Of a stretch of DNA of 64,000 bases, positions 24,144 through 36,637 are shown one piece after another. Numbering within the stretch: position 1 is the first letter of the stretch; each line of letters starts with the position of its first letter. The notes below the pieces were generated by a model that saw only the letters and a list, made by a program, of their open reading frames with translations, made no database searches and was not told the origin of the DNA. The stretch spans positions 3,134,797 to 3,198,796 of the forward strand of contig CM121342.1 of the NCBI GenBank assembly GCA_051530055.1, in the 5' to 3' direction. The DNA is from Neoechinorhynchus agilis (lineage: Eukaryota; Animalia; Acanthocephala). Position numbers and translations under genes: made by a program.

Positions 24144-27078
24144 GCATCAATTTAATTTTTTTGTGTTTTTGAGAGTCATGATTTTAGTGTTTAGTTACTA
24201 CTCTAAAAAGACTAACTTTTGATTGATATAAAACCTTTTATTCCCTCCCCCACGGATGCAGCAAAGTCTGTGCAAATTAAGAATCTAATTGTATACAGTG
24301 AGGGAATTCGCGAATGTCACCGATTAATAGTCCCTCGATGAATTTTCAAGCAAAGTTAAACATTTTATTGTATTTTCATTATGTTGGATCTGTGAAGATC
24401 TCAGGAATTGCGCATTCATTTAGCGAATTGTTTCGGACACTGGAACGCATTTTCTGTCTTGTTATAACTAAAGCCTCCTTTAAATGAAATAAAATTTGCA
24501 TTTATTCGGACGCAAAAAAAATTCCTGCATATTACCAAAAAAAGATTCGACGACAAATTTTTGCTTTAAATGTGATCTACGTCTCTAACAAGTGAAGTGA
24601 GCTCATAAATGTTAAATTCGGACTTCCCTTTTACAGCGCCATTGAAATGTCGATCGCACTTTTACATTTCATATTTCTCATTTTCTTAACTTCCGTTTAC
24701 AGTGTTCGTTTCTCCCTAGACATCGATGCGTTAAATATTAACGATTTGCGAGAAAAAAAGTGCAACAAATATTTCATACAATCAAAGTTATTCAAATTTC
24801 TAAGTATATAAATATTCACAAGAATCTCAATTAATTTGATTGGTTATAAGTGAAGGTCGCCTATCTTTCAACAGCTCCACAAGTTGAACATAATGCTCTT
24901 GGCTGCATTCTTCGTTGGTTCCTGCCGCGAAACCTACACTCCACAATACCATATCTCCCCCTCGCATAAATCCGCCATCTTTCCAATGTGCATTTAGTCA
25001 CGCGGCACTCCTTTTTGCTTGGCAAAAGATGGCACAGTGCCCGACGAGGATCAAAAATGCATCGAATTTTCACTAAGTATAAAGACCGATTAAATGCTTG
25101 CAATGGAAACCTCGAAAACACATTCGGCGATCAAGAATAAAATGATTTAATTTCGAAGATAGGCTTGGAATTGAAGCTGATTCAACAAGTCAATTAATTT
25201 ATTATCCTGTCGAGAGGATGCTGGTACATGATCTTTTTGGTTGGTTCTTGTAAAGGCCCTCCCGCCAATTGGGTTCTTTGATGCTTAAACCCTATGCCCA
25301 ATCATTGAATAGAACGTGGTCGTTTCCTGAAGTTGTTATCGTTTAATACATACGTATTTTATGGATCGCTTAATAACGAATCATGGACTCGAATTCTCAC
25401 ATCGCTTCGAAATCAAGTTCAACATGGCGAATATCCTTGCCTTTCTTCAATTAGTCGAACACGCGAATGCACGTGGACATAAATGCTCCGTTAGTGCAAA
25501 AAAAGTCGTTTTTGATAAAACTGTTTCGAAAACGCTAGGCTTGAAGATATTTCTACTTTTTTTTAGTATAAAACCGCAAATGTGTTTCCCCACAGTATAA
25601 AGGGCAAACTCTTCATAACAAATAATTAAACGCTTCATTCTTATTTTAGTTTCAAGACTTATAAAGGTCGAATTATAGACGTAAAATTAAAAAGTTGAAA
25701 CAGAAACTCCTGATCCTTGAGGGCGTTGAGTAAGTTTCTAGCTTACAAATGAAGTTTAAGCGATTGCATTTTATATGGGTTATTAAATACGTTTGATGCG
25801 AATAAGCGAATAACATAATCGGAAAGCCGCTTATTTACGAAACTATACGTCTTTTATGTCCAAAGTTCGAAATCGAGTATAGTGAAAAGCCATTAAATTT
25901 TAAACACAAGAAACACCCGAATCCCAAAAAATTAAGCAACTAGTTAAACATTTCTTGAACAATTCTAAATGCACGACCATATTTCATTCTCTTTTTTCAA
26001 TAACAAATTCTTGCCCTTAACAGGATTTCTCAGAAACGTTTTCTAATATCTCAATCAATCGATGCTCTTAATACCCAAAGTTAAATAATAAATATTTCTT
26101 CAACATTATCTTCAATTAGTTTTACTATATTAAACATTCACCATTGAGTCTACTTCATTCGGCGATTACTGAATGTTATCTAAATGATAAAAAAAAGTGT
26201 CCATCTTGGCGCTTGAGAATATCTTTACGAACTCTGTGTTGTTCAAGTACAGAATTTTGCTAAATATCAACTATTTCGTTCTTAGTTCAAAGAACGAAGA
26301 AGCGGAGGCGAATTCGAATCTCAAAGGGCGTCTATTTAAAAGAAAAGATTTTATTCGGTAATCTTACAATGACGATTTCAAGTTTTAATATCATACAACG
26401 ATTTGATGAACGCGCCATTGCTCTGAGATCTGATTAAAATTCAATATCTAGTAACGAATATTGCACCAATAAAAAGCTAGAAACTTCCATTTCGTTTCCC
26501 CAGCCGTTTCAGCCTCCTGCAACTGAATAGCAAACGAATTAGGTTTTTGCAAAAACAAATATTCTTAAAAACGAATCTTTAACTGTCGGATTGTCTCTTT
26601 CAGTTCAATAGATTAAGGTATTTACAAATCGATTCGAAACTAAATTCTGTTCTAAATCTAAAAGCGCTTAAATTCGAATCTAATGGAAACGCAATTATTT
26701 AACTGTTGGTCCATTTTTTTTAACTGCTACTTTAAGATGCTGTTTGTTCTATTGAAAACTTAATTGAGCGATGTTTTCGTGTCTATCGACATGACTATTT
26801 TACTCACTTCAATTTTTAAACCCCTCAACAACATTTTGTTTTCGAGCATATCGTTTTGAAGCGTAAACATTTGTTAGTATATAAAGTCGAGTAACGAGTA
26901 CATTGAGTTAAGATTTTACAAGCTTCAATCCTTTCAAACGAACGCTTCCGAAAAATTACCTTGAGTTTTACCTGTGCAAAACTACAACACTCTATCGCTT
27001 TTGATCAATCCTCGACAAAAAGACTAAAGACTTTTCTAATAAAAGAATCGCACCAACTGAGGCTTCAGCAAAAATACA

Positions 27079-29302
27079 ATGATCCAAGGATTTTATTCGA
27101 CAATATTCATCATTCTCGCAGCAATCATGGCACCGACACTTTGCGAACCGCCGTGCACGGTTCCATTTTACTGCAATGGAACGTATTTGCGGCTGATCGG
27201 AGATGCAAATATTTATTCAGATTCGAAATCAATCGTCGACCTGGTAATGAAATTTGATTGGGATGTGATGGAAGCCAACTTCACAAAGGAACTTATAAAT
27301 GCCGGCAACGATAGTGCAAAAGTGAAGGCGGTTGTAAGTAAATATTTCAGTGATCCTGGTAGTGAATTAAAAGAGATTGTTCCATCCGATTGGCAAGAAA
27401 ACTTACGAGATATCGATGAACAGATTAAAGATAGCAAGTATCGGGGTTTTGCTCGCCACCTCAATCGACAATGGAAATCGTTATGCAGAGAACAAGCGAA
27501 GAATTTAAATTTCAAACGTACATCGTTCCTTTCAATGAGATATCCAAACCTCATTCCCGGGGGAAGGTTCCGGGAAGTATATTATTGGGATTCATATTGG
27601 ACGGCAAAAGGAGCGTTACGGTGCGGAATGACCGACACCGTTAAAGATATTATTTTAAGTATGTTCGATAATGTGATGAAATACGGGTTCGTTCCTAATG
27701 GAGGTCGAGTTTATTACACCACTCGATCGCAGCCACCCGTCTTATCATTAGTCGTTTATGATTATTATAAAAGGACAAAGGATAAGGAATTTATTCGAAA
27801 TTCCATCGAAGTTTTAGAGATGGAATTCGATTTCTGGGTGCGGAACCGGACGGTGAAAATAGATGGCCAGCCGGAGGATGTTCTCCTGTTTCAATATCGG
27901 ACAAATATTACAAGTGAGCGCCCTGAATCTTTCAAAGAGGATCTCAAAACAGCCAATGAAGCCGAAGAGAAAATGAATAGAAGTAGAGAACAAGTATTTA
28001 TCGACATTACCTCGGCTGCGGAGAGCGGTTGGGATTTCAGCTCTAAGTATTGGTACTTAAGGAGGTTGCTCATTCGTTCTCAGAATCCAAAGCTTGAGCT
28101 TAAAAGAAACCTCTTTACAAGCAGACGAACGAATTTGTTGTTCTGTTTGTTTAGGATTTTCGCATTTACCCTATTTAGGACCATATTTTGCGAGACTTTG
28201 AGCCATTTAATAGTCTGGGATGAGTAGTATAAATTTATCCAAAAGTACAAACTCCTTCGTTTGAAACTTTTACATAGTAAGAAATGCCTTGAAATGGCAA
28301 TGGTATTCATTAATCGCCTTAAAACAAATTCAGTGGACTTGAGTATTCATTGGTTTATTTTGAGTCTTAGCTTTTCGGAACAGTAAAGTCCAAACAAATC
28401 TTCTGATTTTTTATTCGCTCTTAAATCCATTTAAGTACCAATACAATCGTTGGCTGGCATACACCGGACCACACGCGAGGAGAATGTATAGTATTCGTAC
28501 AACCCGGATTATTCCAGTTTGCCTCAATAGTATTCTTTTCCTTGTGGCGGATAAATTGTCCAAATTTGAATTATTGCTAAATAGGACGGATAAGGTTCAA
28601 TATTTTAATAATCAAAAGGAACGAATTCGAATGGGTTTAACAAAATACATGTGGGATCCTGTCGATCTTCAATGGTATGACTTTGATTTGGACTTTAACG
28701 CTACTCACAAAACCTTCTATGCATCGAATCTGTTTCCTTTGTGGGCAAAGAGCCATTCTTTAACTGACGACGAACTGCGCAGGATCGTCAAACGGCTTGA
28801 GGACCTCGACGTATTGTCGTTTCCCAGCGGCTTTCCAACTTCATTTGTCACAAGCCTTGAACAGTGGGACCTCCCAAATGCTTGGGCACCTGTGCAGGAT
28901 ATCGTAATCCGAGGCTTAATGAATATCAAGTGTGGAAATTCCGCTGGGTTAGCCTTTGATTTGTTAGAAAGATGGATTGCTAACAATTATCAAACATTCA
29001 AATCAACTTCGAATATGTACGAAAAGTACAGCGCCGTAACTTCCGGATACCCTGGAGAGGGTGGCGAATACGACGTTCAAGTTGGCTTTGGATGGACTAA
29101 TGGGGTGGCGCTTAACTATTTATTCGAGTTTGGTCATCGCTTAGTCATTAATTCTCCGTTTGACTTCAGGACGACCACAATAGTCCTTGGCGTAGTTTCT
29201 GGACTTCTCGGCATTTATAGTATCCTGCTATCCATATTTTACGTGAAGATTATAGTTGCTATGAGGAATATGCGACGCGATTCACAACCAGAACGTAGCT
29301 GA
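27079..29302 (+). CDS. TREH: Trehalase (GH37), signal peptide plus C-terminal transmembrane helix
   Basis: DSKSIVD, PGGRFREVYYWDSYW, VPNGGRVYY..RSQPP, RPESF, AESGWDFSS|RW, QWDLPNAWAP, EKY, GGEYDVQVGFGWTNG. Exons 27079-28044 and 28448-29302. Confidence 0.95.
28045..28447 (+). mobile_element. 403-nt TIR-bounded insert / candidate non-canonical intron in trehalase
   Basis: Perfect 14-bp TIR: GTATTGGTACTTAA (28047-28060) and TTAAGTACCAATAC (28431-28444). Removal joins TCT|CGT TGG (SSRW). Confidence 0.8.
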
Positions 29303-30478
29303 AGCTTTTGAATTTCAGACTCGTGATCTTTTTTATTGCGATTAATAACTGTATATTTTTGTTTCTTTATTGTGCGAAGATTGTGATTGGCCAAGGATGC
29401 AATTGTCTTCTATAAACATACAATTTGATTGGGACAGAAAATTCATATCTTAATGAGACGATCGTGATACTAAAGTGCGCAATTTCTTCAAAATAATTAT
29501 ATTCTTATGTTCTTAGTTAATTTCAGGTTGTTGAATATTTTAATAATGTGTTCTCCAGTACTGAGTTTTATCTAAATAAGAGGACGGCAGCTTTCGTCCT
29601 TCCTCAAATGAATTTAAATGAGAGCAGATAACCTGATGGCGAATTTTTTAAACAAGTAAACTTCACAAGAATGCTTAAAACAGTGAACTTTATTAAATCT
29701 GATTTACAAATGGGATACTGTTACATTTTGTATAGGTTTCAAATTTCATTTAGTTCAAATCTATTTGAAAGATACAAATGGATGATTTCCATATAATGCA
29801 TTGAATTATATTTGAGAATTCGATTTCGGAAAATTCGGTATACGTTCTGCAAGAGAAATGTTTTCTTTGTCATCAAACTTTGGATGAAGTTATTGACATT
29901 AAACCGGACGTAAATTTTCTTCATTAGCAAAATCTGTTCTTAGAACACCTTAAGATTTGAAGTAGAAAATATCAGCTTTCTAAAATAGCAAAGAAGTGCA
30001 TTATCCTCTTGAACCGATTAAATGCATTTGGAAAAGTAGCCTCTTTCCTTTTTTACAGTTCGTATGACTCCTTTATTATATTGCGAATATTTTTTTGTTT
30101 GGGAAAGAACACTCACCAACTCCCGCAAAAATTCCAGCTTTTGTCCTTCCTCGACCGTCGTATTTTTTAAGGTCCGAGCTTCAAAAAAGCTATCCAGAAT
30201 GTCGGGAATAGTTTAAAAAGTTTAAAATTCCAGCTACTTGAAACCAACCCGAAAATTTAATCACTTGTTTTTTAATCGATCGTCCAAAATCAAAATTTGC
30301 CCGATATTCTCGCATAACGAATTACTTGTCGCGCAGCGACTCACTGCGACCGTCGTGTCTCTGATCCCCGTCGATGTGGAGATGTCTGGCTCCATTAATG
30401 TCGCCCTGGAAAGAATGAGACCTTTGGTCGTCATCGCCGAATTCTAGGATTCTAGGCGTTTATGGATGCTTCTGCGCT

Positions 30479-30552
30479 TCCCGAGAGCCGGATTTGAAAC
30501 CCGCGACCTAAGGATCTACAGTCCTCCGCTCTACCATCTGAGCTATCTCGGG
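30479..30552 (-). tRNA. tRNA-Tyr (GTA), intronless, irregular T-arm
   Basis: CCCGAGA-TA-GCTC AGATGGTA GAGC-G-GAGGA CTGTAGA TCCTT-AGGTC-GCGGG TTTCAAAT CCGGC-TCTCGGG-A. Cloverleaf with an 8-nt T-loop and a G-G mismatch. Confidence 0.85.
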
Positions 30553-30591
30553 TGTGCTTTATAAGTTTAAAATATTTAATTCACTTTCATT

Positions 30592-31500
30592 TCGCGTACT
30601 TCAAGGTGCTTTCTCCATTTCTCTTTAATATTTTTCTAAACAACCTCAAACCTCTCTTACTCTAAACTCTTCTTATACACCGACGATATCACCCTCACCA
30701 ACCATTTACCACCCCACCTCTCCCTTTCCTTGAGTTCTAAAGAAATCACACACATAAAAGATTTCTGCACCAATCACAAACTCCATCTCAATTTCTTTAA
30801 ATGCTTCGAAATGATCCCCTTTCTCCCCCGCAACCCCACATCATCCCCTGAGCTTCTAGATGACATCCTACGAGTAACCTCCCTAAGAATTCTGGGTATC
30901 CAATTTCAATAAAATTTGGAATGGGACTCGCACATCGCTCTCTCCCTCGAGCTAAACACCATTAAAATTTATTTCCTCAAACGCCTCCGACATTTAGGAA
31001 TCCTTTCACCCGATCTCTACAAATTTTACTTCTGCTTTGTCTTACACTTCCCTCACCCACGGTTATCCCGTATTTTGCAACCTTTCCAAATCCCAAGACG
31101 ATAGGTTTGAGATTTGGAAAGGTTGCAAAATACGGTTATCCCGTATTTTGCAACCTTTCCAAATCTCAAACCTATCGTCTTGAAATGTTTCATAAAGGAG
31201 CATCTAAAATTTGCACAGCTGACTTTTCCCCTCTCACCGAATGCCTTGATGCTATTTTCATAAGACAATCAAAACGCCTATCGACCATGCAACTACCATA
31301 ATTTTTACCAAATATCGCTTCCTTTTCACACGAACACAACACTCGTAATCCTAATTCGTTAAACCCTCCCTCAACCTCGCACCTCCCTAAATCTACGCTC
31401 CTTTTTTCATGCTGCCAAATTTTCTCGGATATCATAACCTGAAATGATTCGGAGGAAAGACTAACCTTACAAGCGCTTTTGCAAGCAATAAACACCAATT
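30592..31500 (+). mobile_element. CR1/L2-like LINE, RT C-terminal part (5'-truncated at GVPQG)
   Basis: PQGA..SPFLFNIFL, LYTDDITL, LRILGIQF..NLEWDSH, YFLKRLRHLG, LSKSQTYRLE. Inverted copy at ~50650-51990. Confidence 0.8.
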
Positions 31501-31999
31501 ACCACAAGAACGGACCTACCAACCCAACCGGATATTCTCAATCGAACGGACTCGTAATCCACTCCAAAATCAATAGCCAGCTTCATTTATCGAGGAGCCC
31601 AAAGGGTACATGGGTCCTTTTCTTTGTAATTCAACAAAAACGTCTTATTATTATCGAGGGAATCTTGATTAAACAGCGACTTAATCCTGGCCATTTTATA
31701 CTTAATTCGTGCAAACCATTCTATAATCTTTATTCTCGTGCGCCATCAATTTTTTAAGGAACTCGACACTTCAAAACTCCCATAATACCGTCCGTTAATT
31801 CCGAAAACGTATAGGTATCCGCTCTTGGCACAATCTCCGTTTCCATCATAATGTCTTATACCAATGCATATCCTGCTCCACACATTTCTCGCAACATGCT
31901 AGCTAATGTCCTCGCTGTTCTGGAATGGGATTCACAATGTAAGGTAATAATTGGTCAAGCTTTTAATATGGACTGAATTTTAGTGGAAACAAAAAGTAT

Positions 32000-32250
32000 T
32001 TACTGCTTCTGCATCACACTCAGTTGCCGTCCTGATGTAACGGTCGAAAGGACGGATGCAGCGTTTCCCCTCCTGTTGCACCACCAGACTTATGTTTTTC
32101 AGACGGAATGCTCATAATCTCCGATCACCAGTGATTCGTCTCAATCTCTTAGACAGTTGCTTGACCAGGTCCTGCGCCCCAGTACCAAACGACCTGAGTG
32201 TCCATCTTCAGAGTTATATTCCAAGCTACACTCCTAGAAATACGAACCAG
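32000..32250 (-). mobile_element. CRE 3' fragment (inverted copy at ~49955-50200)
   Basis: Same subfamily as 10430-10600 (GTGAQDLVKQLSKRLRRITGDRR...GNAASVLST). Confidence 0.7.
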
Positions 32251-32454
32251 TCCTGACGCATCACAGAATAAGGCCTTAAGAGAAACTGATCAGATTTTGA
32301 ACTGAAGGTTTTTTGAAAATTTCTGTTTTATTGTCGAAACACTTAATTGGTATGCAGGAATTTATTCGAACAATGCGATGGAACCTTTGAGTATTTAACA
32401 GAGAATTTCATGTACGCCTTCGAACACTGATCGAGATTAAAGCCCACCTAACGC

Positions 32455-34330
32455 TTAATTGATTATCCGTTTGTTCTGCTACTTCATCGGGAGCAACAAT
32501 CACCAAGTGGAACCTTTCGTCCAATTCTTTTATAGACTCTTCATCTGTACCGATGATTGTTGAGAACTGGTTCATTTAAACTTCCATCGAGCGATCAATT
32601 TGATCCGGTGATGGCCCCAGAGATAAATTGATTATCCGTTTGTTCTTCTTCATCGGGAAGAACAATCACGAAGTGGACCCTTTCGTCCAATGCTTTTATT
32701 CCCTCTTCATCTGTATCGATGATTGTTGAGAACTGGTTCATTTAAACTTCCATCAAGCGTTCGATTTGATCCGGTGATGGCCCCAAGAGATAAATTGATT
32801 ATCTGTTTGCTCTGCTACTTCATCGGAAGCAACAATCACCCAGTGGAACCTTTCGTTCGATGCTTTTATTCCCTCTTCATCTATATCGATGATTGTTGAG
32901 AACTGGTTCATTTAAACTTCCATCAAGCGATCGATTTGATCCGGTGATGGCCTCCAAAGATAAATTGATTATCCGTTTGTTCTGCTTCTTCATCAAGAAC
33001 AACAATCACCAAGTGAACCCTTTCGTCCAATCCTTTTATAGCCTCTTCATCTGTAGCGATGATTGTTGAGCCCTGGTTAATTTAAACTTCTACCAAGCGA
33101 TCGATTTGATCCGGTGATGGCCCCCAAAGATAAATTGATTATCCGATTGTTCTGCTTGTTCATCGGGAGCAACAATATCCACGTCGAGCCTTTTTTCTAA
33201 CGCTTTTATAGCCTATACATTTGTATTCGATGGTTGTTGAGCGCTGGTTCATTTTAATTTCAACAAAGCGATCGATTTGATTTGATGATTGCTTCTGATT
33301 TTTTCCTTTGCGTTCTTGCCGTCGAAATCTATTCCATTTTATTTTTATTTCTTCGACCGCCTTCGAGCACTGGTCGAGATTAAGCCCCCTGACGATAAAT
33401 CGATTATACGTTTGCTCTGCGTCTTCATCGGGAACTACAATCACCAAGTGGAACCTTTCTTGCAATGCTTTTACAGGCTCTTCATTTGTACCGATGATTG
33501 TTGAGCGCTGGTTCATTTTAACTTCCATCAAACGATCAATTTGATGAATTCCCCCGGATTTTTTCCTTTGTGTTCTTGCCGTCGAAATCTATTCCATTTT
33601 ATTTTGTTATTTCTTCGACCGCCTTCGAGCACTCATCGAGATTTAGTCCATGGCGATAAATCGATTATACGTTTGCTCTGCGTCTTCATCGGGAACTACG
33701 ATCACCAAGTGGAACCTTTCTTGCAATGCTTTTACAGGCTCTTCATTTGTACCGATGATTGTTGAGCGCTGGTTCATTTTAACTTCCATCAAACGATCAA
33801 TTTGATGAATTCCCCGGATTTTTCCTTTGTGTTCTTGCCGTCGAAATCTATTCCATTTTATTTTTGTTATTTCTTCGACCGCCTTCGAGCACTCATCGAG
33901 ATTTAGTCCATGGCGATAAATCGATTATACGTTTGCTCTGCGTCTTCATCGGGAACTACGATCACCAAGTGGAACCTTTCTTGCAATGCTTTTTATAGGC
34001 TTCTTCATTTGTACCGATGATTGTTGAGCGCTGGTTCATTTTAACTTCCACTAAACGATCGATTTGATGAATTTCCCCGGATTTTTCCTTTGCGTTCTTG
34101 CCGTCGAAATCTATTCCATTTTATTTTTTATTTCTTCGACCGCCTTCGAGCACTGGTCGAGATTAAGCCCCTGACGATAAATCGATTATGCGTTTGCTCT
34201 GCGTCTTCATCGGGAACTACAATCACCAAGTGGAACCCTTTCTTGCAATGCTTTTTATAGCCCTCTTCATTTGTACCGATGATTGTTGAGCGCTGGTTCA
34301 TTTTAACTTCCACTAAGCGATCGATCTGAT
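32455..34330 (-). repeat. Tandem array of KH-domain-coding units (~170-bp x ~5 and ~260-bp x ~4), partly pseudogenised
   Basis: Short-unit starts at 32459, 32628, 32795, 32965, 33135; long-unit markers at 33400, 33661, 33921, 34182. A unit translates EVKMNQRSTIIGTNEEPVKALQERFHLVIVVPDE..RFIVRG.LDQCSKAVEEI (type I KH topology). Confidence 0.75.
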
Positions 34331-36637
34331 TTGGGTATTACTTCGAATACTTCCATTGAGCTGCCGTCAATTTAAGTGCCTCGGCTAATTAATCGTTCTG
34401 CATCCTCAATGTAGGATAAAGTTCCTATAAAATCAACATCTTCTTGTATACATTTTTTCGGAAAGCAAATGTCAGTTGATACAAATTAATTAATATTCTT
34501 TTTAAGATTTAATGCGTCGCTATCTGAGACTTTGACCCATCCCAATAAATCAGATGATTGTAAGCGATACCTACACAAATTACTAAATCTCGGGAATATT
34601 TATTGCGCTGCGTCCATAGTTCTTAGTGTCTCTAAATTATTGTTGCTGTTTTGGACAATTTTAGAAGTTCCGCTACAACAACAGGTTTTAAACTTCTACT
34701 TTTTCAGTTTCTAGAAATGCAGAAATCAAAGGGGTCAGTGTCCTTTCACTCATTGCTTCGGTGCGTTGCCGTGGAACGAACGAAAACTCCTCTGGAGGGT
34801 GGAACCTCTACCTTTCTCGCGACGTTTTCACATTGATGGAAAACTGGTCGTTGAGATATTTTTGACGATCAATAAGTTGTCAGATATTCAGTATTTCACC
34901 AGTGTGTCGTCAACTTTCACAGTCTCGTTAAACGCTCTTGAATTTCCCTTCACAAAAGTGAGCGTCAACGAGGCAATCAGCGCTTTACTCGCTTCTTATT
35001 TTCTCCGTGAATTTTTTATCGAATTCAGGTTGCATTTTTTCATGATTCATTAGAACATCCGGCGAACTGTTTTTTATTAAAAAAACAATATTTGGAAAAA
35101 TCATCTATTCTTTCCTTCAGATATGCCAACATTGGGTTTTCAGTAATGTATTTCATAAAATCTTCGCAACTCGCGGATGTTATTTTGAAGTTTTCTTTAA
35201 ACCCAGACGACGATTTTTTTTGAGAAAAATCCAAAGGTTTTAATTTAATCTAAACAATTTTTGAGAAGCACAAAATATTTTTGTCAATTATTCCCTTTAT
35301 ATCTTTGATCTCTGTCTTTATTGACTTCTCGAAGAACATTCATCATTTGATTGAATGGTTTGCTCATCCAGAAAGAAAATCTTCATTTCGTAATTCTAAA
35401 GTTTCCTCGGCATTTTAGAATCTGATTGAATATGACGCTGCTTTGGATTCCGTTTCGGATTTTTCTATTTGAGTCTCATTGAGAGAATTTCGCCATTAAC
35501 CTCTCTGCATTTTCAATTGATGATTGTGTTTTCTCGCTCAACGCTCAATGGATATCAAATTTTAGGGATCCTTCTTTCCACGATTTAACAATTTATTCTC
35601 TTCGTTGTATCCATTTAGTCGGTTATGATATCGAATTGGGAATTATGATTGATAAAATAAGGGAACTGAACTAACATCTATGCTTAATCTTTTAACGCCT
35701 GTGCGATTTCTCTTACTTTTCCTCGAGAACGATTTCTTTTTGCAAAAAAATAATCAAAATTCTTGATTGACCAGCCGAATTCTTAGTAAATGCAGATTTG
35801 TTTTGCAAAGAAAGTAGAATCGTGCACGCTTAATTATTTCTTTGACGTTCACTTGTTTTGCCATCATTAAAATGAAATCTTTAAGAACGTCCTTTAGTCT
35901 TCTCCTTTGTCGCAGCTTCTGGGTTTTATCTCATAGAAAATAATTTGTCCTTTAGATTTGTGCAATTTATTTGGGCATTTATTTTTACGAATTAACCTAT
36001 TCCAAATTTTTCTCACTTCCTTACCACCATTTTTCCCTTTATTAAATTGATTCCATCTAATTTCAGCAATAGAGATTGTTTGAATTCACTACAATTGCTC
36101 TTCAATGAAACTCTGAAGATACGAGCGACGATCGATGCATCTGAAGCTGCGACAAATAGATTTGATTTATTGGGTTGGAGCGATTGATATGAAATGCACT
36201 AATAAAGAGCTCTCAATCCATGGATAAGACTCCCTCTACGTATAATAAAACAAACATAAACTATTTTAAACCTTGTTAAAATGTCAATATAATTTCTTTT
36301 CTTAACCTATTTAAAATTGCCCTGAAGCCTCATGAATGTTATTTTCATTTTAAGAAAATGTTTCCTGGTATTGCATAGATTTTGGCATGAAACTCGATGT
36401 TGATCAGTAAGTTAAAGAAGCCGCTTTCCTTAAGACGATTATGAGAGTGATTTTCAAGAGACCATCGCGTGGCGGTATTGGGAAATATGGTGAAGCGTTG
36501 AACGACATCTTTCTATACAGAACGGTGATATCGTTTAAGTATTCACTGTTCCATTGGATTTACATTGTGAGATTATCGGAAACTCACACTGAATCTCGGT
36601 GGCCATTTGCCATCACAGTCTCGGTAACCGTTAAGTG

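Larger units (their letters stand above)
30592..34480. repeat. Segment A of inverted duplication (partner 48720-51555)
   Basis: Reverse-complement identity visible throughout, e.g. 34330-34470 vs 48730-48870. KH-unit copy number differs between partners. Confidence 0.9.

Noticed and set aside
24820-25640. GC-richer coding-like stretch on the minus strand, including a frame with a single in-frame TGA (possible selenocysteine)
   Set aside because: No family recognised, no SECIS identified and no consistent exon model. A stop in a non-coding frame is the simpler explanation.
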